From the NCBI GenBank assembly GCA_002069965.1, contig MWCI01000008.1:6910-70909 (forward strand): a DNA stretch of 64,000 nt, written 5' to 3'. Position numbers and translations under genes: made by a program. The stretch is from Spirochaetes bacterium ADurb.Bin218. Its GTDB lineage: Bacteria; Spirochaetota; UBA4802; UBA5550. Under the pieces are notes generated by a model, which searched no databases, had not been told where the DNA came from, and saw only the letters and a program-made list of their open reading frames with translations. This document shows, in pieces, positions 8,455 to 18,107 of this stretch; the stretch's first letter is position 1; each line of letters begins with the position of its first letter.

Positions 8455-9167
8455 TCACAGGTCGCAATCCAGTTTTTGAATACTTAAAAGAGCTATCTCA
8501 AAGCCATGGTGCACAGTTGCACATATCCTCATCTGCCCATGGTAAAATAATAGATGATATTGTAGCTTTAGCTAAAAAAAAGAATATTAAAATTTTATAT
8601 GAGGATAAATCTTTTTTTTCCTCCCTTGGTAGCGCCTCATCTCATCAGGGAGTTGCACTTTTTACAGCTACAAAAAAGCTCACAGATGAAAGCTCTATGC
8701 TTTCCTCCATTGCTCAGGAGAAGGGAGTTATTGTTTTTCTCGATCAGATTACAGATCCTCACAACCTTGGCTCAATCATAAGGAGTGCAGAGGCTTTAGG
8801 TTGCAGCTGCGTTGCCATAACAAAGGATAACTCCGCACCCATAAACGAAACAGTAATTAAAACATCAGCTGGTGCTACTGCTCACATCAGAATAATTACT
8901 ATAACAAATGCTGCCCAATTTCTTGAGGATCTCAAAAGCTACGGTTTCTGGATTATTGGAACAAGCGACCATGGCAAAACATACCTAAATCAACTGAAGG
9001 ATATTAAGCCTGCCTGCATTATCATTGGAAATGAAGGCAAAGGCATGAGAAGACTCACTGAAGAAAAATGTGACTTTGTGGTTTCTATACCTCTCAAAGG
9101 AAAAATTTCTTCCCTGAATGCCTCTGTCGCTGCAGGAATAGTTATTTATAAATTATTAAATGAATGA
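8436..9167 (+). CDS. rlmB: SpoU/TrmH-family 23S rRNA (Gm2251) 2'-O-methyltransferase-like
   Basis: The N-terminal SpoU substrate-binding region begins GRNPVFEYLK. SpoU motifs DQITDPHNLGSIIRSAEALG, IIGNEGKGMR and IPLKGKISSLNASVAAGI are present. Confidence 0.8.
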   Translation: MEKKEIVTGRNPVFEYLKELSQSHGAQLHISSSAHGKIIDDIVALAKKKNIKILYEDKSFFSSLGSASSHQGVALFTATKKLTDESSMLSSIAQEKGVIVFLDQITDPHNLGSIIRSAEALGCSCVAITKDNSAPINETVIKTSAGATAHIRIITITNAAQFLEDLKSYGFWIIGTSDHGKTYLNQLKDIKPACIIIGNEGKGMRRLTEEKCDFVVSIPLKGKISSLNASVAAGIVIYKLLNE

Positions 9168-9261
9168 ATACAAAAAATAGTTGCCAACTTTAACCAATAA
9201 TTATTGCTTTCCACCAGTCACTATTTATATTTATGCTAAATTTAAGGATCACAGGTAAAAT

Positions 9262-11058
9262 ATGAATTTATCTCACATAAGGAATTTTTCTATAATAGCA
9301 CATATAGACCACGGCAAATCAACTCTTGCTGACAGAATAATAGAAAAGTGCCGTCTTGTAAATGAAAGAAACAAAAAGGATCAAATCCTTGACACAATGG
9401 ACATTGAAAGGGAAAGGGGCATCACAATAAAATCAAATGCCATCACCCTGAACTACACATCTAAATCCGGTGAGGAATATATCTTCAACCTCATAGACAC
9501 ACCAGGCCATGTAGATTTTACCTATGAGGTTTCGCGAGCTCTATCATCCTGCGATGGAGTTATTCTCATAGTTGATGCAACTCAGGGTGTTGAGGCTCAG
9601 ACCATTGCAAACTTCTACCTCGCTCTGGAAAATGACCTTGAGATTCTTCCAGTAATAAACAAAATTGATATGCCAAGTGCAGATATAGAGAACACTAAAT
9701 CTCAGCTTGATAAAACCTTAGGCCTTGATCCAGAAATGGCAGTTTTAACATCTGCCAAAGAGGGCATTGGAATTGATGAACTTCTGGAAAAAGTAATAGA
9801 GGTTATACCTCCACCAAAGGGTGATGTAAATTCTCCTCTTAAGGCCTTGATTTTTGACTCCTTCTATGATCAATACCTTGGAGCAGTAATAAAAGTAAGA
9901 ATTTTTGATGGCTCTGTTAAAAAAGATGATGTAATTAAACTATTTGCCACAGGTAAAGAATTCACTGTAACTGAGGTTGGAATTTTCAGACTTGATCTTG
10001 AAAAAAAAGATATTCTCACTCCCGGAGAAGTAGGTTATATAGTTGCAGGAATCAAAAGCGTTGTTGATACAAAGATTGGCGATACTGTTACACTGGCAAA
10101 AAATCCAGCAAAAGAGCCCCTTAAGGGTTTTAAAGAAGTAAAGTCCATGGTATTCTCAGGCCTTTATCCCATGTATAGTGATGATTACGAGAATCTTAGA
10201 GATGCACTTTACAAATTACAGCTTAATGATGCCTCTTTGATTTTTGAGCCAGATAATTCCTATGCCCTTGGTTTTGGTTTTAGATGTGGATACCTTGGCC
10301 TACTGCACATGGAAATTGTTCAGGAAAGGCTTGAGAGAGAATTTGGACTTTCACTTATTACAACTGCCCCAAGTGTAGAATTCAAGGTTCTGCTAATCAA
10401 TGGTAAAGAGCTAAAGATCGACAACCCCGTAAACATGCCAGATCCCGGACAGATTGAACGCATAGAAGAGCCCTATGTGTCTGCTGCAATTGTAACCCCT
10501 ACAGAGTATGTTGGGAATATTATGCAACTTGTAACAGAAAGCCGAGGGATACATAAAAACATGGAATACATTACTCCTCAAAGGGTTCAGCTCACCTATG
10601 AGTTGCCTCTTTCTGAGATTGTTTTCAATTTTTATGACAAGCTAAAATCAATCTCAAGGGGATACGCTTCTTTTGATTATGATTTTCTGGATTACAGACC
10701 TTCTGATATGGTTAAGGTCGACATTCTTGTAAATGGAGAGCCTGTTGATGCTCTTTCTTTTATCGTTCACAGAGATAAGGCAAGAACAAGGGGCAAAGAG
10801 ATAATTGAGAAACTAAAAGAAATTATTCCACGTCACCAATTTAAAATTCCTCTACAGGCTGCAATTGGAGCTACAATAATTGCAAGGGAAAATATATCTG
10901 CAGTTCGAAAAGATGTTACAGCAAAATGCTACGGCGGAGATATAACAAGAAAAAGAAAACTCCTTGAAAAACAAAAAGAAGGCAAAAAGAGAATGAAAAT
11001 GATCGGCTCAGTGGAGATTCCACAGGAGGCCTTTCTCACAATACTTAAAATTGATTAA
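9262..11058 (+). CDS. lepA: Elongation factor 4 (LepA)
   Basis: [32 protein letters not shown] and the LepA-specific C-terminus ([25 protein letters not shown]). Confidence 0.97.
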   Translation: MNLSHIRNFSIIAHIDHGKSTLADRIIEKCRLVNERNKKDQILDTMDIERERGITIKSNAITLNYTSKSGEEYIFNLIDTPGHVDFTYEVSRALSSCDGVILIVDATQGVEAQTIANFYLALENDLEILPVINKIDMPSADIENTKSQLDKTLGLDPEMAVLTSAKEGIGIDELLEKVIEVIPPPKGDVNSPLKALIFDSFYDQYLGAVIKVRIFDGSVKKDDVIKLFATGKEFTVTEVGIFRLDLEKKDILTPGEVGYIVAGIKSVVDTKIGDTVTLAKNPAKEPLKGFKEVKSMVFSGLYPMYSDDYENLRDALYKLQLNDASLIFEPDNSYALGFGFRCGYLGLLHMEIVQERLEREFGLSLITTAPSVEFKVLLINGKELKIDNPVNMPDPGQIERIEEPYVSAAIVTPTEYVGNIMQLVTESRGIHKNMEYITPQRVQLTYELPLSEIVFNFYDKLKSISRGYASFDYDFLDYRPSDMVKVDILVNGEPVDALSFIVHRDKARTRGKEIIEKLKEIIPRHQFKIPLQAAIGATIIARENISAVRKDVTAKCYGGDITRKRKLLEKQKEGKKRMKMIGSVEIPQEAFLTILKID

Positions 11059-11086
11059 AAAAGGCTGATTTACACAGCCTTTTTTA
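11058..11086 (+). terminator. Rho-independent terminator after lepA
   Basis: AAAAAGGCTG (11058-11067), 7-nt loop, CAGCCTTTTT (11075-11084), running into the T-tract. Confidence 0.7.
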
Positions 11087-11323
11087 AATAATTTATACAC
11101 CTCCAGAGATATGGATATTTTCTATCAATGTTGATTTCTTAATCTCCATCTTGAATAAAATGACCCAATAATCCCATCTCCTCAGGTGGCTGGATTATTA
11201 AAAGTAGTATTTATTACAATAAAATACATCTTCAGGAATTATTAGCGATTTTTTATTGAAATTAAAGCTGCCTTAATCATCCTTTGTTAAAAAATAAATT
11301 ATAACAACTTTGAGGACCACTGG

Positions 11324-13159
11324 ATGATAATAGTAAATAATTTAAGCAAATCCTTTGGCAAACAGGAAATTTTTGATGATATAAGCTTTAATGTTAATCC
11401 TGGAGAAAAAATTGGACTGGTAGGCAGAAATGGCCATGGCAAAACAACTCTCCTGCGCATGATTATTGGAGAAGAACATCCTGATTCTGGGGAGATTATT
11501 ATACCAAAAAATTATTCCATTGGCCATGTAAAACAGCACTTAGACTTTACAAAAAACTCTGTAATTGCAGAGGCCTGTCTTGGATTAAAGGAAAATGAAA
11601 GCGATGCCAGATGGAAAGCTGAAAAGATATTGGCAGGACTTGGATTTTCTCAGGCAGATATGGAAAAAGATCCCTGGAGCTTTTCTGGTGGATTTCAGGT
11701 AAGACTTAATCTTGCAAAAGTTTTAGTCTCTGAGCCAGACATGCTGCTGCTGGATGAGCCTACAAATTATCTTGACATTATATCCATAAGATGGCTGGAA
11801 AACTTTTTGAGGCAATGGAAGGGTGAGCTTATTATTGTAACTCATGACAGATCCTTTATGAACAGAGTTATCACTCATACAATTGGAATACACAGACAGA
11901 AGGTAAGAAAAATTGAAGGAACAACAGATAAACTCTATGAGCAGATCCTCAAAGAAGAAGAAATATACGAAAAAACAAGAATAAACGACGAAAAAAAACG
12001 AAAAGAGGTTGAGCTCTTTATATCACGCTTTAGAGCAAAGGCAAGGCTTGCAGGTCTTGTTCAATCAAGAATCAAAGCTTTAGAAAAACAACAAAACCTC
12101 CAGAAGCTGGAGAAGATCAAGGATCTTGACTTTTCATTTACATATAAACCCTTTAATGCCAAAAGCCTGATGTCTGTAGAAAACCTCTCTTTCTCTTATG
12201 ATAAAAAAAATTTCATCATAAAGGATCTCTCTCTATCTGTGAGGAGTGATGACAGAATATGTGTAATAGGTAAAAACGGCCGTGGGAAAACAACTCTTCT
12301 CCGTCTACTTGCGGGAGAACTTTCTCCAGACAGCGGAGTAATATCTGTTCATCCAAATACAGTTGCTGGCTATTTTGCTCAGACAAATATCGTGCGCCTT
12401 AAGGAAAATCTTACAATAGAAGAGGAAATAATGTCTGCAGGGTGCGACAAACAAACAGCCAGAAATATTGCAGGGGCAATGATGTTTGAAGGAGATGATG
12501 CCTTAAAAAAAATTTCTGTGCTTTCTGGAGGAGAAAAAAGCCGCGTGCTCCTTGGCAAAATACTTGCTACTCCCTCAAACCTTATATTCCTTGATGAGCC
12601 AACAAACCATCTCGACATGGAATCCTGTGATGCACTCATGGCTGCCATTGACTCATACCCTGGAGCAATAATTATGGTAACACACAATGAATTGTTTTTA
12701 CATTCCCTTGCCAACAGATTTATTGTTTTTCAAGAAAGCGGAGTAAGAGTCTTCGAGGGGAGCTATCAATACTTCCTTGATAAAATAGGGTGGGAAGAGG
12801 AAAAATCTGATCAGGGAAAAAGCTTTAATCAGAAGGATACTTTAAATAAAAAAGATCTCCGCAAGCTAAGATCAGAAATAATAACAAGGAGAAACCGAGA
12901 AATAAAACCCCTGGAAGAAAAGCTTGTTAAAACCGAAAACCTCATAACAGAAAAGGAAGAAGCCCTCTCCTTAAAAAATAAAGAGATAATCGAGGCCTCT
13001 GGAGTTAAATCCGGCAAAGAGATTGAAAGCCTCTCAAAAGAAATTCATTCTCTTCAAAAAGAAATAAATGAGCTATTTGTGCAATACGAAGAATTGCACA
13101 ACACCATTGAAGAAAAAAAACGTGACTTTGACTTAGAGCTTTCAAAATTAGAGGAGTAA
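11324..13159 (+). CDS. ABC-F family ATPase (two ABC cassettes, no transmembrane domain)
   Basis: Two Walker A motifs (GRNGHGKTT, GKNGRGKTT), two signature motifs (FSGGFQVRL, LSGGEKSRV), two Walker B motifs (LLLDEPTN, IFLDEPTN) and a coiled-coil C-terminal tail. Confidence 0.9.
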   Translation: MIIVNNLSKSFGKQEIFDDISFNVNPGEKIGLVGRNGHGKTTLLRMIIGEEHPDSGEIIIPKNYSIGHVKQHLDFTKNSVIAEACLGLKENESDARWKAEKILAGLGFSQADMEKDPWSFSGGFQVRLNLAKVLVSEPDMLLLDEPTNYLDIISIRWLENFLRQWKGELIIVTHDRSFMNRVITHTIGIHRQKVRKIEGTTDKLYEQILKEEEIYEKTRINDEKKRKEVELFISRFRAKARLAGLVQSRIKALEKQQNLQKLEKIKDLDFSFTYKPFNAKSLMSVENLSFSYDKKNFIIKDLSLSVRSDDRICVIGKNGRGKTTLLRLLAGELSPDSGVISVHPNTVAGYFAQTNIVRLKENLTIEEEIMSAGCDKQTARNIAGAMMFEGDDALKKISVLSGGEKSRVLLGKILATPSNLIFLDEPTNHLDMESCDALMAAIDSYPGAIIMVTHNELFLHSLANRFIVFQESGVRVFEGSYQYFLDKIGWEEEKSDQGKSFNQKDTLNKKDLRKLRSEIITRRNREIKPLEEKLVKTENLITEKEEALSLKNKEIIEASGVKSGKEIESLSKEIHSLQKEINELFVQYEELHNTIEEKKRDFDLELSKLEE

Positions 13160-13162
13160 TTT

Positions 13163-14011
13163 ATGGATCCAGAAAAAAGATACAAATTAGCTGGAGCCTT
13201 AGCAATGGTAGGGACCGCCTCCCTCTGGAGTATTGCTGGCATTCTCATCAAGCTTATAGACTGGAATCCCTTTGCCATTGCAGGGATGAGAAGTTTTATT
13301 GCATCCATAGTAATTCTTATATATATAAGAAGGCCTATTTTTACCTTTTCCTTTTCGCAGATGGCTGCTGCAATATCCTATGCCGTTACAATGATTCTTT
13401 TTGTTACAGCAAACAAAACCACAACTGCTGCCAATGCTGTTTTATTGCAATACACTGCTCCTGTAATTACCGCATTTCTTGCAGTGCCCCTGTTAAATGA
13501 AAAAACAAAGCCAGAGCACTGGTTTGCAATTTTCTTTGTAGGTCTTGGAATGATTATAATGTTTATAGATGACTTAGGAGGTGGAAGACTTCTTGGAAAT
13601 TCCATTGCTTTAATGTCTGCCTTTTCCTTTAGCCTTTATTTTATCTTTCTGAGAATGCAGAAAGACTCATCCCCCTTTGAATCAGTTATATTGTCTCACT
13701 GGATAACAGCAATTGTATGCCTCATCGCATCTCTCTTTATGCCTCTTCCACATATAACGCTTAAGTCAGCAACGGCAATGCTTATCCTTGGTGCTATTCA
13801 AATGGGAATTCCTTCAATACTCATATCAATTGGGATTAAGAGGATATCAGCTTTATCTGCAAATCTCATTGCTGTAATTGAGCCTGTTTTTAATCCAATA
13901 TGGGTGTTTCTTTTTGTTGGAGAAACTCCAGGTGTAAATACAATTATAGGGGGATCGCTTATAATTATTTCTGTAACTGCTGTTTCTGTTATATCAGCAA
14001 GGCGCAGGTAA
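13163..14011 (+). CDS. EamA/DMT-superfamily transporter
   Basis: 282 aa with about 10 hydrophobic helices in two EamA-like halves. Confidence 0.8.
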   Translation: MDPEKRYKLAGALAMVGTASLWSIAGILIKLIDWNPFAIAGMRSFIASIVILIYIRRPIFTFSFSQMAAAISYAVTMILFVTANKTTTAANAVLLQYTAPVITAFLAVPLLNEKTKPEHWFAIFFVGLGMIIMFIDDLGGGRLLGNSIALMSAFSFSLYFIFLRMQKDSSPFESVILSHWITAIVCLIASLFMPLPHITLKSATAMLILGAIQMGIPSILISIGIKRISALSANLIAVIEPVFNPIWVFLFVGETPGVNTIIGGSLIIISVTAVSVISARRR

Positions 14012-14026
14012 GACTTTTTTATCAAT

Positions 14027-14986
14027 TTAATGGAAATTCAAAAAAAGCTCATACTCCTCTGATTGCAGAATTTCCTCTGGTATTGTTGATTTACTCAATA
14101 GCATGTAAGGCAGGAGATCTGCCATAAGTGAATGAGGTATATATTTACTTTTGCAAAATCTCTCTGTTTCTTTAACAAGAGAAGTTAAGGCTCCATAATA
14201 TTTAGCCTCATCAAAAACCAAATCCCCTGCACTATTGTAAATCTCCATATCAGCTGAAATTATATAAAAAAATCCACCGCAATCAATATAAATCTGTATG
14301 GAATTTCCCATGCCACTGCAGTCAAGGACTTCTATTAGTTGAATTCTATTCTCTGCTATTGAAAGATTTTTTTGTAAAAAGTCCTTTTCCTTATGTGCCA
14401 TTTCCATATTCATATTTGCCATGAAGATCTTTGCACCATGGATATTTCTCTCTTTAAAAGAAAAAATATCAGCTGGCGCCATCTCTGCAGGATAAACTCG
14501 TGACTCGGCCCTGCCTCCACCTGAGCCATAAAAACCAAAGCGCTGCAAATTCATAGAGGCATAAAAACCCATAGATTCCAGAAAAGAAAAAAAACTCTCC
14601 TTAAAAAATGATGTGGAATAAGATATATGAGCGTGAGTTACGCCTTCAAAGTTTATGACAGTTCTAAAATCCTTAAAAAATAGGTAGGGTAAAAGCAAAA
14701 GTTCAAATTCACCCAGAGGAGTGAAGGCTCCTGTATCTATAAAAATATTGCCTGGAGAAATCCCCTGAGGATAAAAAATTATATCCTCCCCAGATGTAGA
14801 AAGAATTCCACAGGAGCTACTGTCAAAAAAATTCTTAAAAGAGACCCACAACGATTCCAGTTCAAAGTTTTTCTCCAGGAACTGCCATCCTCCTTTAATG
14901 CAAAGGGGCTCTTCTCTCAAAAGAGAGATAGAAAGAGCAATCCTTATCTTTTGCCAGCTAAGATTTTTAAAAAAAACTTCTCTCAT
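14027..14986 (-). CDS. RNA 3'-terminal-phosphate cyclase (RtcA/Rcl1)-like protein, divergent and probably non-catalytic
   Basis: It aligns by eye to E. coli RtcA: [21 protein letters not shown] vs [35 protein letters not shown] vs LLFRPGTVRGG, and [18 protein letters not shown] vs RHGFYPAGGGVVATEVSP. The N-terminal GEGGGQ loop and the C-terminal segment carrying the adenylated His are not recognisable. Confidence 0.5.
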   Translation of the reverse strand: [319 protein letters not shown]

Positions 14987-14989
14987 AGC

Positions 14990-16243
14990 CTACATATATT
15001 TTTTTAACACTTCTGGGATATCAAAGGTACCATCTTCTCTTTGATAATTTTCAATTATAGCAGCCAATGTTCTTCCTGCAGCAAGTCCTGAGCCATTAAG
15101 GGTATGGAGATACTGAGGCTTTTCTCCTTTCTTTTTATATCTAATCATTGCTCTCCTTGCCTGATAGTCTAAGAAGTTGGAGCAGGAGGATATTTCCATA
15201 TATCTATTAAGTCCAGGCATCCATACCTCTATATCGTATGTCTTTGATGATGATGCTGATGTATCACCACTACACAGAAGCACAACGCGATAATGAAGGT
15301 TGAGCCTTTTGAGAACCTCTTCTGCATTTGCTGTAAGCTTTTCCAATTCATCAAAGGAGGTCTCTGGCTCAACAAACTTAACAAGCTCAACCTTCTGAAA
15401 TTGATGGACTCTCACAAGACCCCTTGTATCACGACCGGCAGCTCCAGCCTCACGTCTAAAACATGAGGATTGCATTGTTAGATATATTGGCAACTTTTCT
15501 GCCTCAAGGATCTCATCTCGAAAGAGATTTGTCAGTGTCACCTCTGCGGTTGGGATAAGAGAGAGACCATCTCGGTCAATTCTATAATACTCATCCTTAA
15601 ATTTTGGATACTGGCCTGTGCCTGTCATACTCTCATCATTTACTATGAAAGGTCCAAAGGTCTCTGTATAGCCATGTTCTTTTGTGTGAAGATCTAACAT
15701 AAAATTTATAATAGCCCTTTCAAGGGTTGCAGCAAGTCCCCGGTAAACATAAAACCTTGCACCCGCAAGCTTAACTCCTCTTTCAAAATCAAGTATCCCC
15801 ATAGATGTGCCTATATCATAATGAGGCTTTGGCTCAAAATTAAACTGTGGTTTTTTACCCCACTCCCGCACAACAACATTATCTTTATCATCTTTCCCTG
15901 TGGGAACACTTTTATCAAGAATATTTGGCACAGAGAGATGAAGTTCCCTGAATCTCTCATTGAGATCGTTAAGCCTCTGCTCTATGGATTTTATTTCATC
16001 ACCTATTAATTGGACCTCTTTCATCATGTCAACGGGATCTTGCCCCTTTGCTTTTAGCTGACCTATTGTTTTTGAAGCAGAATTCCTTTTTTCCCTAAGC
16101 TCATCTGCTTTTAAAATAAGAGTTCTTCTTTCCTCATCAATAGCCTTTAGCTCATCAATATCCACAGCACCTGCCATATTGCGCCTTTGCAGCAGCTCTT
16201 TTATCATTTCTATATTATCTCGAATTATTTTAGGATCAATCAT
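14990..16243 (-). CDS. serS: Serine--tRNA ligase
   Basis: N-terminal coiled-coil arm plus class II motifs ([39 protein letters not shown]). I moved the start to the ATG at 16243 ([10 protein letters not shown]), which has a GGAG 6 nt upstream. The track start at 16255 has no SD. Confidence 0.95.
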   Translation of the reverse strand: MIDPKIIRDNIEMIKELLQRRNMAGAVDIDELKAIDEERRTLILKADELREKRNSASKTIGQLKAKGQDPVDMMKEVQLIGDEIKSIEQRLNDLNERFRELHLSVPNILDKSVPTGKDDKDNVVVREWGKKPQFNFEPKPHYDIGTSMGILDFERGVKLAGARFYVYRGLAATLERAIINFMLDLHTKEHGYTETFGPFIVNDESMTGTGQYPKFKDEYYRIDRDGLSLIPTAEVTLTNLFRDEILEAEKLPIYLTMQSSCFRREAGAAGRDTRGLVRVHQFQKVELVKFVEPETSFDELEKLTANAEEVLKRLNLHYRVVLLCSGDTSASSSKTYDIEVWMPGLNRYMEISSCSNFLDYQARRAMIRYKKKGEKPQYLHTLNGSGLAAGRTLAAIIENYQREDGTFDIPEVLKKYM

Positions 16244-16418
16244 AGCAAACTCCATTATATGCTTTTAAACAGCCGAAATTCTTAAATTTTCCTGTAAATT
16301 TCCCTAAAGTTTAAAATTTTGTCAAGATGGAAAAGAAACTCAGCTTCAACAAAGAAAAAAATGTTGCTTAAATTTCCATAGACAATTATTTTTTATTATT
16401 ATATATAAAGAAAAGGTT

Positions 16419-17456
16419 ATGACTAAGGAAAGAAAAAAAATATTTCTGCAGTTACTAAGCACTGCCTTAATATATATCATTGGCGTAGTTGGCTATACCT
16501 ATTGCTCAAATGAAAGAGACAAATCCCTTATAATGAATGAAATAGACTCACGGCTTCTTATTGCTGCGAAGTCCATAAAATTCATGCTTAAAGAGGATTT
16601 TCATGACAGAGCTATTTCTCCTACAAGCATCTCCTTTGACGAAGAAATAAAAAACCGCCAAAAACTTAATAATTACAAAGAGGGGAATGGATTTAAATGG
16701 ATCTATACAATAGTTGAAAGCAATGGCAAGTTTTACTTTGCAGCTCCTACTGTATCAGATGAAGAAGCAAGAGAGAGAAAATCCTGGTATTTTTATCCAT
16801 ACGAGGACATCCCTGAAGAATTCAAAAAAACCTTTAAAGAAGGAGGCATCTCTTTTGTTGAATATTCAGATCAATGGGGAACTTTTAGATCTGTTGCTGT
16901 TGCAGAAACCTCTCCTGGTGGAAGAGTATATCTTGCCTGTGCTGACTATGAGATAACATATATAGACCAGATAATGAGACAAAATCTACTTTATTCAATA
17001 TATAGTGCTCTATTTTTTATTATAATCTCCATACCCTTTATATTTCTAATTACAAGGATCTATAAAAATTACAACCTCAAACTCAAGGCCTTCAATGAGG
17101 AGCTAATACATCACAAAGAAAATCTTGAATTTCTTGTTCAAGAAAGGACAAAGCAATTACAGGAGAGCAATGACAAACTTGAAGAAGAACTAAAGATAAG
17201 AACAGAAACAGAAAAAATATTGCACCTTGAAAAGGAAAAACTGGAAAATGCCATGGCAGAAGTCAAAACTCTCAGTGGATTATTGCCAATATGTGCATCA
17301 TGCAAAAAAGTTAGAGATGACCGAGGCTACTGGAAACAAATAGAAAAATATATTCAGGAACACTCAGATGCAGTTTTCAGTCATGGGCTATGCCCAGACT
17401 GCGCAAAAAAGCTCTACCCTGATTTTTATAACGATGAGCAAAAGGTAAAAAAATGA
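16419..17456 (+). CDS. Membrane sensor (Cache-like extracytoplasmic region, coiled coil) with a C-terminal CxxC...HGxCPxC module
   Basis: Two TM segments flank a ~170-aa region and are followed by a coiled coil. The protein ends LLPICASCKKVRDDRGYWKQIEKYIQEHSDAVFSHGLCPDCAKK. No kinase, cyclase, MCP or HD domain is present. Confidence 0.7.
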   Translation: MTKERKKIFLQLLSTALIYIIGVVGYTYCSNERDKSLIMNEIDSRLLIAAKSIKFMLKEDFHDRAISPTSISFDEEIKNRQKLNNYKEGNGFKWIYTIVESNGKFYFAAPTVSDEEARERKSWYFYPYEDIPEEFKKTFKEGGISFVEYSDQWGTFRSVAVAETSPGGRVYLACADYEITYIDQIMRQNLLYSIYSALFFIIISIPFIFLITRIYKNYNLKLKAFNEELIHHKENLEFLVQERTKQLQESNDKLEEELKIRTETEKILHLEKEKLENAMAEVKTLSGLLPICASCKKVRDDRGYWKQIEKYIQEHSDAVFSHGLCPDCAKKLYPDFYNDEQKVKK

Positions 17457-18067
17457 AGCCAGCTTTTTTTAACATAGCAAAGATAAAAAGGGAAACCATA
17501 ATCAAGGCATGCATAAGCGAATTTGGAGAATATGGCTATGAGAAGAGCTCAACTGATAGAATAATAAAGTTAGCCAACATCTCAAAAGGTGGCTTGTATG
17601 AATATATATCTTCAAAGGAAGAGTTATTCTTATATGTAACTGAATTTGTATTCCAGGGGCTTTACTCGTTTATAAGGAACAAACTTGAAGAAAGGCAAAA
17701 TATCTCCGAGGATATTCTGGAGAGATTCAGAATTGTATCAGAAATAGCTATTGATTTTTACATAGCAAACCCTTCTTATATTAAATTTATAGTAACCACA
17801 GGGAGACTCAACGATCCATCATTAGAAAAAAAGGTTAAAGCTATATTTGCAAAACAATTCAATACAGTCTTTGGAAATGTTAGCGAAAAAAATCTCAGAT
17901 ATGATAAAGCAAAAATAACAGAAATGCTTATATGGCTACTGGCAAAAACAAGGGATGATTTTCTCCATGCAATGGAACAGAGCAACAACACCAAGAGGCT
18001 TAAAAAGATTTATCTTGAAAACTGGGATTTTTATCTATCGATTCTTAAGACAGGAATATATAGCTAA
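17453..18067 (+). CDS. TetR/AcrR-family transcriptional regulator
   Basis: N-terminal HTH region ACISEFGEYGYEKSSTDRIIKLANISKGGLYEYISSKEELF. The start overlaps the sensor stop (ATGA). Confidence 0.85.
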   Translation: MKPAFFNIAKIKRETIIKACISEFGEYGYEKSSTDRIIKLANISKGGLYEYISSKEELFLYVTEFVFQGLYSFIRNKLEERQNISEDILERFRIVSEIAIDFYIANPSYIKFIVTTGRLNDPSLEKKVKAIFAKQFNTVFGNVSEKNLRYDKAKITEMLIWLLAKTRDDFLHAMEQSNNTKRLKKIYLENWDFYLSILKTGIYS

Positions 18068-18107
18068 CCCCGCTTTTTTAATTTACGCAAATATTTAAAC
18101 ATAAGCT

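Noticed and set aside
16254-16310. GCCGAAAT and TAAAGTTT motifs in the serS/sensor intergenic region look like halves of sigma-28 promoters.
   Set aside because: Neither half has a matching partner at 11 (plus or minus 1) nt spacing. The first also overlaps the serS start region.
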